A DNA stretch of 64,000 bases from Syntrophobacterales bacterium (GTDB lineage: Bacteria > Desulfobacterota > Desulfobaccia > Desulfobaccales > 0-14-0-80-60-11), in the NCBI GenBank assembly GCA_037388025.1, contig JARRKO010000006.1, positions 57,067 to 121,066 of the forward strand. Reading direction: 5' to 3'. Below the pieces are notes generated by a model that saw only the letters and a program-made list of their open reading frames with translations, was not told where the DNA came from and searched no databases. Shown piece by piece: positions 27,994 to 37,234 of the stretch. Position 1 is the first letter of the stretch. Each line of letters begins with the position of its first letter. Both the position numbers and the translations under genes were made by a program.

Positions 27994-30900
27994 GAGCTGA
28001 TCCTTGTACTCCGAGGTTCAGGCCTTGCTTCTTCTTGCTCAGCAGGGGGACGTTTGGTAGCCTCATTCACCACCAGGGGCAGGAGACTGCCGGCGGCGAT
28101 GACCAGGCCGTCCACAAGGCCGATGGGGGTGAGGCCCAGAAGACTTCTCAGACCCGGGAGCAGAATGGTCAGCCCCTGCAGGGCCAGGGAGCCACCCACG
28201 GCCCACCTTAGATAGGGATTGGGGGGGAGGCTTTCCTGGCTGAAAAGGCCGAGGTGCTCCGACCGGCAACTCACGGCATGAAGCAGTTGGCCCGTGGTCA
28301 GAGTATGAAACGCCAGGGTGCTGGACTGGGCTCCCAGGCCATAGCGCCAGATCCCGTAACCAAAGGCTCCCATGGACCCGGTGGTCATGACCGTGGATTC
28401 ATAGGCCATGCGCTGGTAGTCCTGTCTGGTGAAAATGGGCGCCTGCGGGTCTCGGGGCGGACGCGCCAAGATATCGGGTTCCGGCTCTTCCAGGGCTAGG
28501 GCCAATCCGGGGAAAATGTCGCTGATCAGGTTGATCCACAGAAGTTGGGCGGCCGTGATGGGGGAGCCCAATCCCACTGCCAGGGCCGTAAAAGTGATCA
28601 TGACTTCGCTCAGATTGGTGGCCAGGAAAAAATGTACTGATTTGCGGATGTTGTTGTATGTAGTGCGTCCGTCCCGGATGGCCACGATGAGAGTGTCCAG
28701 GTTGTCTTCTTCCAGGACCACGTCGGCCACCTCCCGGGCGATATCGGTGCCGGTGCTGCCCATGGCGATGCCCACGTTTGCGGCTTTGAGGGCCGGGCCG
28801 TCATTGATGCCGTCCCCCGTCATGGCGATGACGCGGCCGGATTTCTGGAGAGCCTGCACGATTTCCAGCTTGTGAGAGGGGCTTACCCGGGCAAAGACAT
28901 GAACCCGCTGGGCCAGGGCCCGCAGGGCCTCCGGCTCGATTTGGGACAGGAAAGAGGAATCCAGGATTTCCAGGGGCCGGCCCTGGCTGAGTTGCAATTC
29001 CTTACCAATGGCATAGGCGGTGGGGCCTTGATCCCCGGTGATCATCACGGTGTCGATGCCGGCTCCCTGAATGGCGGCAATGGCTTCTTTCACCCCGTCG
29101 CGAATGGGGTCAATCATACCCACCATGCCCAGCCAGGTGAGGCCGTTGGGCGCCCCAGTCTCTTCCGTGACTTCGCCTTCGCCGTAGGCCACGCCCAGGA
29201 CCCGCTGGGCTTCTCCGGCCATGTGCTCGTTTTCCGCTTCCACGGCCTGCTTTTCCACCTCGGTGAACGGCAGGCGCCGGCCGCCTTTGACATGCCAAGC
29301 GCACAGGGCCAGAACCTCGGTGGGGCTGCCCTTGAGGGCTAAAAAACGCCCTTTCTTGGGGTGTTGGTGCAGGGTGCCCATGTATTGCCGGCCTTCGGCG
29401 CGGTGATTGGTGCGGAGCAGAGGATAACGGCTCCGGAGCTTCTCCACGTCTACCTTCGCCTCCAGCGCCAGTTCCACCAAGGCATTCTCCGTGGGTGTGC
29501 CGCGGAGGGCATAGGTGCCGTTCTCCCGGTAAATCTCGGTTTCATTACATAGTACCGAGACTTCCAGGAGTTGCTTCAACTCCCGGTAGCTGAGAGGGGG
29601 AAGTTTTTCCGGACCCGAGAAATGGCCGTTATCCACCCGGAAGGACTGCATCCCCGCATAGATCTGGACCACGGTCATTTGGTTCCGGGTAATGGTGCCG
29701 GTCTTATCGAGGCAGACGGTTTGCACCGAACCCAGGGTTTCCACGGCGTTAAGGCGGCGGATGAGCACATGGTGGTGGCGCATATCTCGGATGCCCAGAG
29801 CCAGAGTGGTGGTGGCCGCCGCCGGCAGTCCCTCGGGCACCGCCGCGGCGGCCAAGCAGATGGCATTGCGCAGCATGGTCAGGAAGGAAAAACCCCGCCA
29901 CAGGCCGATGACAAACACCACCCCGCAGACACCGCAGCAGACCACCACCAGTTGATCCCCCACCGTGGTGAGTTGTCGCTCCAAGGGCGTTTCCGGAGTG
30001 GCGGCTTCCCCCACCAGGGTTTGGATCAGGCCGATTTCGGTGTAGCTGCCGGTGGCCACCACCACCGCCAGCCCCTCGCCGCCGGTGACCAGGGTCCCCA
30101 TGAAGATCATGTTCAGCCGGTCAGCCAGGGGAATATTGTCCTTCTGGAGAGCCTGGGTGGATTTCAGCACCGGCAGGCTTTCCCCGGTCAAGGCGGATTC
30201 GTCCACGGACAGGTGATGGGCCGACACCAGCCGGGCGTCCGCCGGGACGTAGCTTCCGGGGCGCAGCACCACCAGTTCACCCGGCACCACTTCCTCCGCA
30301 GAAATCTCTTGTAACTTCCCCTCCCGCATCACCAGGGCCACCGGGCGGACCAGGGTCTGGAGGGAGCGGATGATTTTTTCCGACTCAGTTTCGGTCTTGT
30401 AGCCGATGGCGGCGTTGAGCACCACCACTCCCATGATCAGGATGGCGTCCACCAGGCCGCCGGTGACCACCGACAAGCCGGCGGCCGCCCCCAGGAGGGC
30501 CACGGGCAGGGACTTGAACTGGTCAAAGAAAATCTCCCAGCCGGGGCGAGGCTCAGACTCCGGCAGGAGGTTGGGGCCATAGGTTTTCAGGTTGTTTGCC
30601 ACCTGGAAGGCAGTCAGGCCTTGATCCGGGGAAGTTTCCCACCGGGCCAGCACCGCTTCAGGCTCCCACAGGTGCCAGGGTTCCAGGGGTTGGTCTGCGG
30701 CTCCGGCAAACAAATATTTGATACCGCGGCGGGCGAGGGAGGATGGTCCAGAGCCGGCCTCCGGCCTGAGGGTCGGCCGGGCCGGTTCTTCGTGGGGGTC
30801 GTCCTGGCCGAGGTTGGTTTGATACTCGGTGACAATCCCGGTAATCAGGGCGGCAATGGTCTCTGGAGTGTTGTCGGTATTGTAGCACACCAGCAAATTG

Positions 30901-31094
30901 CCGGTGAGGGGGTTGGCCGACACCCGGCTGATATCCTTGATGCGGCCCAGCCGGGATTCCAGCAGCCTCTTGAGGCTTTCAGAGTGGCGTAGTCCGGGTA
31001 CCCGATAACGGGCTCTCCCCGCCACCGCAGTGTGAATCGCCTCAACCATAGAAAAGCTTTCTGAGCACGAGACCCCGCCAGGCGGCGCCCTCAT
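27990..31094 (-). CDS. P2A-type (Ca2+-like) cation-transporting P-type ATPase with an N-terminal HMA_2-like domain
   Basis: TGES, AVPEGL, DKTGT, MITGD, GDGINDGPAL, NLSE, QLLWINLISD; N-terminal HTAVAGRARYRV...SANPLTGNLLVCY; start 31094 or 31049. Confidence 0.93.
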   Translation of the reverse strand: MRAPPGGVSCSESFSMVEAIHTAVAGRARYRVPGLRHSESLKRLLESRLGRIKDISRVSANPLTGNLLVCYNTDNTPETIAALITGIVTEYQTNLGQDDPHEEPARPTLRPEAGSGPSSLARRGIKYLFAGAADQPLEPWHLWEPEAVLARWETSPDQGLTAFQVANNLKTYGPNLLPESEPRPGWEIFFDQFKSLPVALLGAAAGLSVVTGGLVDAILIMGVVVLNAAIGYKTETESEKIIRSLQTLVRPVALVMREGKLQEISAEEVVPGELVVLRPGSYVPADARLVSAHHLSVDESALTGESLPVLKSTQALQKDNIPLADRLNMIFMGTLVTGGEGLAVVVATGSYTEIGLIQTLVGEAATPETPLERQLTTVGDQLVVVCCGVCGVVFVIGLWRGFSFLTMLRNAICLAAAAVPEGLPAAATTTLALGIRDMRHHHVLIRRLNAVETLGSVQTVCLDKTGTITRNQMTVVQIYAGMQSFRVDNGHFSGPEKLPPLSYRELKQLLEVSVLCNETEIYRENGTYALRGTPTENALVELALEAKVDVEKLRSRYPLLRTNHRAEGRQYMGTLHQHPKKGRFLALKGSPTEVLALCAWHVKGGRRLPFTEVEKQAVEAENEHMAGEAQRVLGVAYGEGEVTEETGAPNGLTWLGMVGMIDPIRDGVKEAIAAIQGAGIDTVMITGDQGPTAYAIGKELQLSQGRPLEILDSSFLSQIEPEALRALAQRVHVFARVSPSHKLEIVQALQKSGRVIAMTGDGINDGPALKAANVGIAMGSTGTDIAREVADVVLEEDNLDTLIVAIRDGRTTYNNIRKSVHFFLATNLSEVMITFTALAVGLGSPITAAQLLWINLISDIFPGLALALEEPEPDILARPPRDPQAPIFTRQDYQRMAYESTVMTTGSMGAFGYGIWRYGLGAQSSTLAFHTLTTGQLLHAVSCRSEHLGLFSQESLPPNPYLRWAVGGSLALQGLTILLPGLRSLLGLTPIGLVDGLVIAAGSLLPLVVNEATKRPPAEQEEARPEPRSTRISS

Positions 31095-31113
31095 CTGCTT
31101 CTAATAGTTAGGA

Positions 31114-31776
31114 TTACTCTGATTTACTCTTGGGGGCCTTCTTTTCGGGCGTGGCCTCGGCGCCGGTCCCCGAGGGCCTCTCACCTTTGGGCATCATCGC
31201 GGCGACCACGTCTTTGAGCCCACCCACCGCGGTCACCAGGACATCCCGCACCCCGGTGATGGCGGTCTGGCTCAAGGAGCTAGCCGCTTCCATGGCCCCG
31301 GTTACCGCCGCTTTGGTTGCGCTGCCCACATTGCTGCCGGCCTGGCCGGCTGCCTCCATGACCCCGGAAACCGCGCTCCGGGCCACCAGGGCCACGTCGC
31401 CGCCCACCTCGCTGGCGCCGCGTACCGCGCCCTTCACCAGGTTGGTGGCGGCCTGGTTCACGTCGCCGCCCACGTCGCCCACGGCCAGGAGGATGCCCTT
31501 GGCCACACCTTTGGTGCTTGCCACCACATCGCCCCCCACTTCCTGGGCAGCTTCGATGGCCCCTTTAAACACATCCTTGCTGACGTTGATGGTTTCCGTA
31601 GCCACGGAGCCCGTGGTTTTCAGCGCGTCAGTCACCGTCTGCCGGGTAACATTGACAATCTCGGTTTCAATCTCTTGGATTCCCTTGAGACTGCCGACGA
31701 TGCCGTCTTTGACTTTGGTGCCGGCCTTACCTAAGGATTCCCCGGCCCCGCCTTTTTCTTTGCTTTCAGGTGCCAT
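31114..31776 (-). CDS. Hypothetical protein with 8 x 22-residue Gly/Ala/Val amphipathic repeats
   Basis: GGAGGT RBS before ATG 31776; EVGGDV-type motifs recur every 22 aa. Confidence 0.85.
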   Translation of the reverse strand: MAPESKEKGGAGESLGKAGTKVKDGIVGSLKGIQEIETEIVNVTRQTVTDALKTTGSVATETINVSKDVFKGAIEAAQEVGGDVVASTKGVAKGILLAVGDVGGDVNQAATNLVKGAVRGASEVGGDVALVARSAVSGVMEAAGQAGSNVGSATKAAVTGAMEAASSLSQTAITGVRDVLVTAVGGLKDVVAAMMPKGERPSGTGAEATPEKKAPKSKSE

Positions 31777-31879
31777 TGCGACCTCCCGGACAAATGTTCT
31801 TGCTGCTGAGTGCTCCCCGGTCTGAGGGGCCGAAGCTGGTTCTCCGGCCACCCAGGAACTCTGGGGAAATCTGGTTGGT

Positions 31880-32173
31880 TTACAAGTACTTACCCAAGTA
31901 GGACGCCAACTCCATGGAATTGACTTCCGGGAAAAAAGTACCCATGGCGTCCTTCAGGGCCCACAACGAGCGTAGGGACGTCACCTCCGCTTGGTCAAAA
32001 CGCATCTGCACTGCACCCTGTTGCGGGTCCACCTCGACGCTGGTAATTCCCTGAATTGCCGAAAACCGTGTCTGAAATTCTTCCGCCAGAGATTCATTTC
32101 CTTTGAGCTTGGCCACGGACAAACTCAGATAACCGGGTTCTGCCTGGATAACTTCGATGCCTTCAATGTTCAT
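31880..32173 (-). CDS. Degenerate HMA_2-like domain protein
   Basis: IQAEPGYLSL...IQGITSVEVDPQQGAVQMRFD aligns with neighbouring HMA_2 domains; likely ATG at 32173. Confidence 0.7.
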   Translation of the reverse strand: MNIEGIEVIQAEPGYLSLSVAKLKGNESLAEEFQTRFSAIQGITSVEVDPQQGAVQMRFDQAEVTSLRSLWALKDAMGTFFPEVNSMELASYLGKYL

Positions 32174-32615
32174 GTTCCACCCTGTGTTGAGGTTATGAGG
32201 TTCCGCGTCAGAAACACCAGGGCCGGAAGGCAATCAAGGCAGCGCCGTTGGCAGCTTGATTATACGGGTTTTCCGGCCGGCTCACCACTAACGGTTAGCG
32301 ATATATATTTTAATATATATATGAAATTATACCTTTCCAGAGAGACCAAAACTTTTTGTGTGGAATATGGGTTAAGGGCTACGACCCTGAATAACACGGG
32401 CCTACCTCCCTGTCCCCCTTCTCCGGCGCAGTTGCCTCATGTCCTTTGCGGAGCTAAAGAAGTAACTCGCCTCATTATAACTGCTATCGCAATGGGACCC
32501 CGAAAGGACATTAAAGAGTAAAATTAACAAAAATTTAATAATTACAACATGAACTTATAACTTTCAGGGTTGATCATTAATACTAACAAATTCGTTGGAA
32601 AGGGAACTTCCTCGT

Positions 32616-32987
32616 ATGACTGCCAGTTCCTCTTATGTCCATGCCTTGGAAGGACGGCTGCGCATTAAAATACCCGAAGTAAAAGGCGCTCCCCTCAAAG
32701 CCTGTGAGGTCGAGCGTCATTTGATCCAATCCCCCGGGGTGGATGAGGTTTCAGCCAACCCCACCACCGGCAGTGTTTTAATCCTCTATAATTCCCGCCT
32801 CATCGGCCAAGAAGAACTTCTCTTTGCACTTCAAGAAATCGGCTGTATGCAAGGATGTCAGCCCCAAGCTGCTGGGACCGTCGATACGGCTTCCAGTTCA
32901 GCAGGCACACTTGCCAAAGTGACCACCGCCGTGGCCTCCACCCTGATGGAAGCGGCTCTATCCCGCTTGGTGATCGCCCTTATTTAA
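32616..32987 (+). CDS. HMA_2 domain protein
   Basis: VHALEGRLRIKIP...PGVDEVSANPTTGSVLILYN; hydrophobic C-terminal helix. Confidence 0.85.
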   Translation: MTASSSYVHALEGRLRIKIPEVKGAPLKACEVERHLIQSPGVDEVSANPTTGSVLILYNSRLIGQEELLFALQEIGCMQGCQPQAAGTVDTASSSAGTLAKVTTAVASTLMEAALSRLVIALI

Positions 32988-33293
32988 TATGGCCTGGACC
33001 GCCGATTCCGACATTCTCTATCTGATCTTTCAGGATGTTTGTTTACCCGAGGGAAACCGCGAGGGGGGCAGGACGTGCGCCCCGGAGCCTCGGCTGGCCG
33101 GTCTTCATGGTAATGGTCAGGTAAGATGGTCGCTTTTGCGACATAAACGAGAGATTTTTCGAATGGCTTTTAAAAGAGACTGCTAAGTTAATGCCGGCTC
33201 TGCTTTACCAGGCACAGCCCGGATGTCTTCCTTTCTTTCCCTGCAATTCCCGCTTTAACATCCTCTAGTTAGTCCCACCCGGGGCTCGCCTCA

Positions 33294-33902
33294 TTATGAA
33301 CCAGGCTTGTGTTTGGGTCCCTCTGGCTTCAGGTCTGGCTTGGCCTTGCTATTGCGCAGGTTCAGCATGACGAAAGCGCTGAAACCGAACCACAAGTAAT
33401 CATACCAGGCTGGGAAGGTTCTTTGTTTTGAGGTCCACAGACTGCGAAACCCCAGAAACAGCAGGGCCAAGGGTGCCAGAAGCTTGAGGTCAAGTCCTCC
33501 CGTGAGCTCTGCCACCTTGGCATTAAGAGCTGCCAGGGATTCCACCGAAGAGATGGTGGGCTGGGGCACGCCGCCGGTGGCCTGGGGCACGCCGCCGGTG
33601 GCCAGGTGCCCCATCAGGGACTCGGCTTCCATCTCAAAAGCCTCTTTTTCAATTTCCGGAAACAGGGCGGCAAACCCATCGGTGAGAGCCGTAAAGGCCC
33701 CGGCTGCCAAAAGCTTCGCCAGGTCATAATAGATAAGAACACTGCCGGTAAGCGGTTTGGCTTCCACCCGCTCTATCCCCGACACTTGCCCCAGGATGTC
33801 CTCGGCCTTTTGGGCAAAGACCGGATCACCCTTGACCTTGTCCACCTTCAGACGCAGACGGCCGGGTATCGCATGGACCACAGTAATGCCCTTCACCGCC
33901 AT
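33294..33902 (-). CDS. HMA_2 domain protein with C-terminal membrane segments (FezC-like architecture)
   Basis: VHAIPGRLRLKV...TGSVLIYYD; LDLKLLAPLALLFLG...PAWYDYLWFGF. Confidence 0.85.
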   Translation of the reverse strand: MAVKGITVVHAIPGRLRLKVDKVKGDPVFAQKAEDILGQVSGIERVEAKPLTGSVLIYYDLAKLLAAGAFTALTDGFAALFPEIEKEAFEMEAESLMGHLATGGVPQATGGVPQPTISSVESLAALNAKVAELTGGLDLKLLAPLALLFLGFRSLWTSKQRTFPAWYDYLWFGFSAFVMLNLRNSKAKPDLKPEGPKHKPGS

Positions 33903-33931
33903 TTTCCCCTTCCTGTGGAAACTACTGGAAG

Positions 33932-34207
33932 TTACTGTTTGCCCTTGGCCGCCTTTTCAGCCGCCGCCACTTCAGCGGCATGCTCCGCCTTACATTCGGC
34001 CATGAGATCGCTGATTTGTTCTCCGGCCTCGGCGGCATACTCTTTGGCGGTTTCGGCCAGGGCCAGATAGCCCTTGATAAGGGTCTTGGCCAGCGGACGG
34101 GAGACGGCGGCCACGGCAGGCAGCACGATGGGCGCTGCCAGGGCCACTCCCAAAACTACGAGAATGCTGGGAACTGCACCCTTAAAACCATCGTCGAATG
34201 TTGCCAT
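33932..34207 (-). CDS. DUF5132-like small membrane protein
   Basis: Hydrophobic LAAPIVLP, RPLAKTLIKG, AEAGEQISDLMAE; AGGAGG RBS. Confidence 0.82.
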   Translation of the reverse strand: MATFDDGFKGAVPSILVVLGVALAAPIVLPAVAAVSRPLAKTLIKGYLALAETAKEYAAEAGEQISDLMAECKAEHAAEVAAAEKAAKGKQ

Positions 34208-34318
34208 GGCATTCCTCCTTGGGGGAGATTAGCATAAAGGGGAATATATCAAGTAACCTCATAAAATACTAACAAAATCCTCATTTTTTATTAATGGATA
34301 TATATCATTTTGCGATAA

Positions 34319-34684
34319 ATGGACTTCAAAAAACAAATGCTGCATTCCTTCTGGCAAGGGATTTTAAAAGTATTTGTCCTGCATCAGGCGGCCCAGGGTC
34401 CCATCTATGGCGGTAAATTGAAGAAGCAGTTACAAGACTGGGGCTATGACATCAGTCCGGGCAGCCTGTATCCTTTGCTGCATGCCTTCGAAAAGGGCCA
34501 CCTGTTTCACAGTCGCGTGAAAATTTTTAAAGGCCGGGCCCGCAAGTACTATGAAATCACCGACCAGGGGCGCGCCGTTCTGGCTGAAATGCAACAAGAA
34601 TTGGACGTCATCATGACCAAACTGTTGTCAGCCGGCCGGCAGACCTCTGGTAAAAACCATCCCCAGCCGCGCTCCCACAACTAG
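34319..34684 (+). CDS. PadR family transcriptional regulator
   Basis: SPGSLYPLLH, RKYYEITDQGR; divergent from the DUF5132-like gene. Confidence 0.92.
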   Translation: MDFKKQMLHSFWQGILKVFVLHQAAQGPIYGGKLKKQLQDWGYDISPGSLYPLLHAFEKGHLFHSRVKIFKGRARKYYEITDQGRAVLAEMQQELDVIMTKLLSAGRQTSGKNHPQPRSHN

Positions 34685-34908
34685 TTTTGTGTCCCGGAAG
34701 TAAGGTGATATTTTCCGACATGTTTGCAGGCGCCTAAGGAGCTCAAATTCCCCCTCGGAACGCGACGCTGGTTTATCCCCCCACCAAAACGGTCCGTTTT
34801 GAGAGACTTCCTCTCAGCCCCTCCCCTGACTGGCATAACTTTTTTCCGGTGCGCCATAGTTTGATCGGGAGAAAAACGATAAAATACTGACACCTGTCAT
34901 GAATTTCT

Positions 34909-34937
34909 TTGACAGAGCCGATCTTATAAGGTAATGT
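34909..34937 (+). promoter_or_regulatory. Putative sigma70 promoter of the cold-shock gene (long 5' UTR)
   Basis: TTGACA-N17-TAATGT about 150 nt upstream of the csp start. Confidence 0.6.
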
Positions 34938-35089
34938 TCCCGTAATTTAGCAGATCAGATAGAAAAGCTGGCACGCATAACGTCAGCCTGGGTTGGGCGT
35001 TTCCTGACGGTTTTTCACTGACTGCCTTCCCCTTTCTGATCTTCAGCAGGGGACGAGGAAGCACCATTTCAGGAGGTTTGGTAAAGTTA

Positions 35090-35293
35090 ATGAAGGAAAC
35101 AGGCAAGGTAAAGTGGTTTAATGACGCCAAGGGCTATGGTTTTATCTCCCGGGAAAACGGTCCTGATGTCTTCGTGCATCACACCGCCATCGTGGGGGAA
35201 GGCTTCAAAACCTTGGCGGAAGACCAGGAAGTGGAGTTTGAGGTGGTTCAGGGTCAGAAAGGCCTGCAGGCTCAAAACGTCGTCAAGATTTAA
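35090..35293 (+). CDS. Cold-shock protein (Csp family)
   Basis: [15 protein letters not shown] (RNP1), DVFVHH (RNP2). Confidence 0.96.
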   Translation: MKETGKVKWFNDAKGYGFISRENGPDVFVHHTAIVGEGFKTLAEDQEVEFEVVQGQKGLQAQNVVKI

Positions 35294-35315
35294 TTAACAT
35301 CACAGATTCTACCCA

Positions 35316-35355
35316 CGGAACTCCGGGGCCCAGGCTTCCGGAGTTCTGCTATTTT
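35316..35355 (+). terminator. Probable intrinsic terminator after csp
   Basis: CGGAACTCCGG...CCGGAGTTCTG hairpin followed by CTATTTT. Confidence 0.65.
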
Positions 35356-35484
35356 GAGACCTCTGCGAAAATCCCTTTTCAAACAATAAATTCTCTCAAT
35401 TAATCAATGTGTTGTAGAGTAGGTGCCCTCGCCTGCAAAATATAGCCGGGCGCGGCTGTTCTAGACGATTTTTACAGAGGTCTC
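35356..35484. mobile_element. MITE, copy 1 (18-bp TIR GAGACCTCTGCGAAAATC)
   Basis: Right end GATTTTTACAGAGGTCTC; flanked by a TATTTT direct repeat; homologous copy at 42518-42645. Confidence 0.8.
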
Positions 35485-35790
35485 TATTTTAAGACCGTGC
35501 CCCGAAATGATAGGTCAAAGGCGCCTGGATTCTGACTCAGGGCCCCTCACCCCAGATTTCCCCCTCAATTCCGCAAACCAATAATTCTTGCAACACCCCG
35601 CCTGGTCCGGTGATACTAAGGGGCATGTGGGACCAGGCCCTCTTTGTTATCATCCTTATTTTTTACGGCATCACTATTTATTACGGCGGATTCTGAAATT
35701 AAGCTCCCCAGGCTTGGTCGAAGCCGTTCCCTTTAAAGTGCATCCGGGCGCCGCCACGTGGGGGCCCCGAGCCGACACCCCGGGCAAACT

Positions 35791-37029
35791 ATGGAACCGC
35801 GGCTCATCATCAATATTGTCCTGATCCTCCTGGTAGCCTGGGTGTTGGGGGATCTGTTTCAGCGCATCCGGATGCCGCGCCTGTTGGGGGAATTGCTGGC
35901 CGGTTTGGTTCTGGGGCCGCCCCTCCTTGGTTGGGTCCAACCTCGGGAGGCCATGACCGTCCTGTCGGACTTGGGCATTTTCTTTCTCATGTTTTATTCC
36001 GGCATGGAAATGGACCCCCATGAACTGCTGGAGCATTTCTGGGTGTGTCTGGCCGTGGCGGTGGGTGGGTTTGTGGTGCCCTTTGCTTTGGGCTTTTGGG
36101 TGGCCCGACTGTTCGGCGCCACTGTGCTCCAGTCCCTGTTTATGGCCATGGGCCTGTCGGTGACGGCCCTGGCGGTGGGGGCCCGGGTCCTCCAGGACAT
36201 GGAAATTCACCATTCCAAGGTAGGGCACATCATCATCGGGGCTGCCATCGTGGATGATATCCTGGCTCTGGTCTCCTTTTCGGTGCTGACGGGCCTGGCC
36301 AAAACCGGACAGGTGGATCCCTGGAATATCCTGCTCCTGCTGGGGGAAGTCGGGGCATTTTTCGGCGTCACCATTCTGGTGGGCCATTTCATCCTGCCCA
36401 GATTCACCCGACGTCTCAAGGACGAGGAAGCCAAGGGCTTTACCTTTGCCCTGACCGCTGCGCTGGTCATGGGTTTTTTGGCCGAAATCGTGGGCTTGCA
36501 CCTGATTATCGGGGCTTTTCTGGCCGGTCAGTTTGTCCGCAAAGAGGTGGTGGAGCCGGAATTGTATAATCGCCTGCATGACCGGTTTTTCAATATCATT
36601 TACGGCTTTCTCGGGCCCATTTTCTTCGTCAGCCTGTCCTTCCATGTGGATATACATCTGCCGGCTCAGGACTGGTGGTTTCTGGCGGCCATCATTGCGG
36701 TGGCCTTGGTGGGCAAGGTGGGAGGGTGCGCCTTGCCGGCTTTGATTATGCGCCGCAATTTCTCGGAGGCCGCGGTCATCGGCCTGGGGATGAACGGCCG
36801 TGGCGCGGTTGAGCTCATCGTGGCCAAGGCCGTCCTCTTAATGAGCTACGGCCTTATGGCAGCCCAAACCATTACCGAGCCCCTCCTGACTCAAAGCCAA
36901 TTCACCATTTTGATCTTGATGGCCTTTATCACCACCCTCCTTACTCCCATTTTCCTGAGGGCCGTAGTGCCGCCCCTCTGTGCCGAGTCCGACCGGGATT
37001 TCTGCGAACTCTGGCGCAACGCTCATTAA
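35791..37029 (+). CDS. Cation:proton antiporter (CPA2 family)
   Basis: GELLAGLVLGP, GAAIVDDI, IIGAFLAG, GMNGRGAVE. Confidence 0.92.
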   Translation: MEPRLIINIVLILLVAWVLGDLFQRIRMPRLLGELLAGLVLGPPLLGWVQPREAMTVLSDLGIFFLMFYSGMEMDPHELLEHFWVCLAVAVGGFVVPFALGFWVARLFGATVLQSLFMAMGLSVTALAVGARVLQDMEIHHSKVGHIIIGAAIVDDILALVSFSVLTGLAKTGQVDPWNILLLLGEVGAFFGVTILVGHFILPRFTRRLKDEEAKGFTFALTAALVMGFLAEIVGLHLIIGAFLAGQFVRKEVVEPELYNRLHDRFFNIIYGFLGPIFFVSLSFHVDIHLPAQDWWFLAAIIAVALVGKVGGCALPALIMRRNFSEAAVIGLGMNGRGAVELIVAKAVLLMSYGLMAAQTITEPLLTQSQFTILILMAFITTLLTPIFLRAVVPPLCAESDRDFCELWRNAH

Positions 37030-37234
37030 CCAGGGCGCCCCTCAATCGACCTAATAATTTTCCCTGAACACTGCAACATCTTTATTTGAAATACCAATAG
37101 CTTAGCCTGTACTCTTTGTTTTATAGATAAAATTCTATTTAAAGAGAACAACAAGAGCTTGAAGGGAACAGGGGGATTTGATAAAAATCGCTAACCAGTA
37201 GGCCAATGCGCCCTGGTATCCCGGGAACTGCCTG

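Noticed and set aside
27990-31094. Canonical ferrosome FezB or heavy-metal P1B ATPase
   Set aside because: Has PEGL and P2A M5/M6 motifs rather than the P1B CPC/xPC-type M4 and HP motifs
32299-32323. ModE box (CGATATATA-N6-TATATA)
   Set aside because: Right half is imperfect, the region is very AT-rich, and no molybdate genes are nearby; a PadR half-site is a simpler explanation
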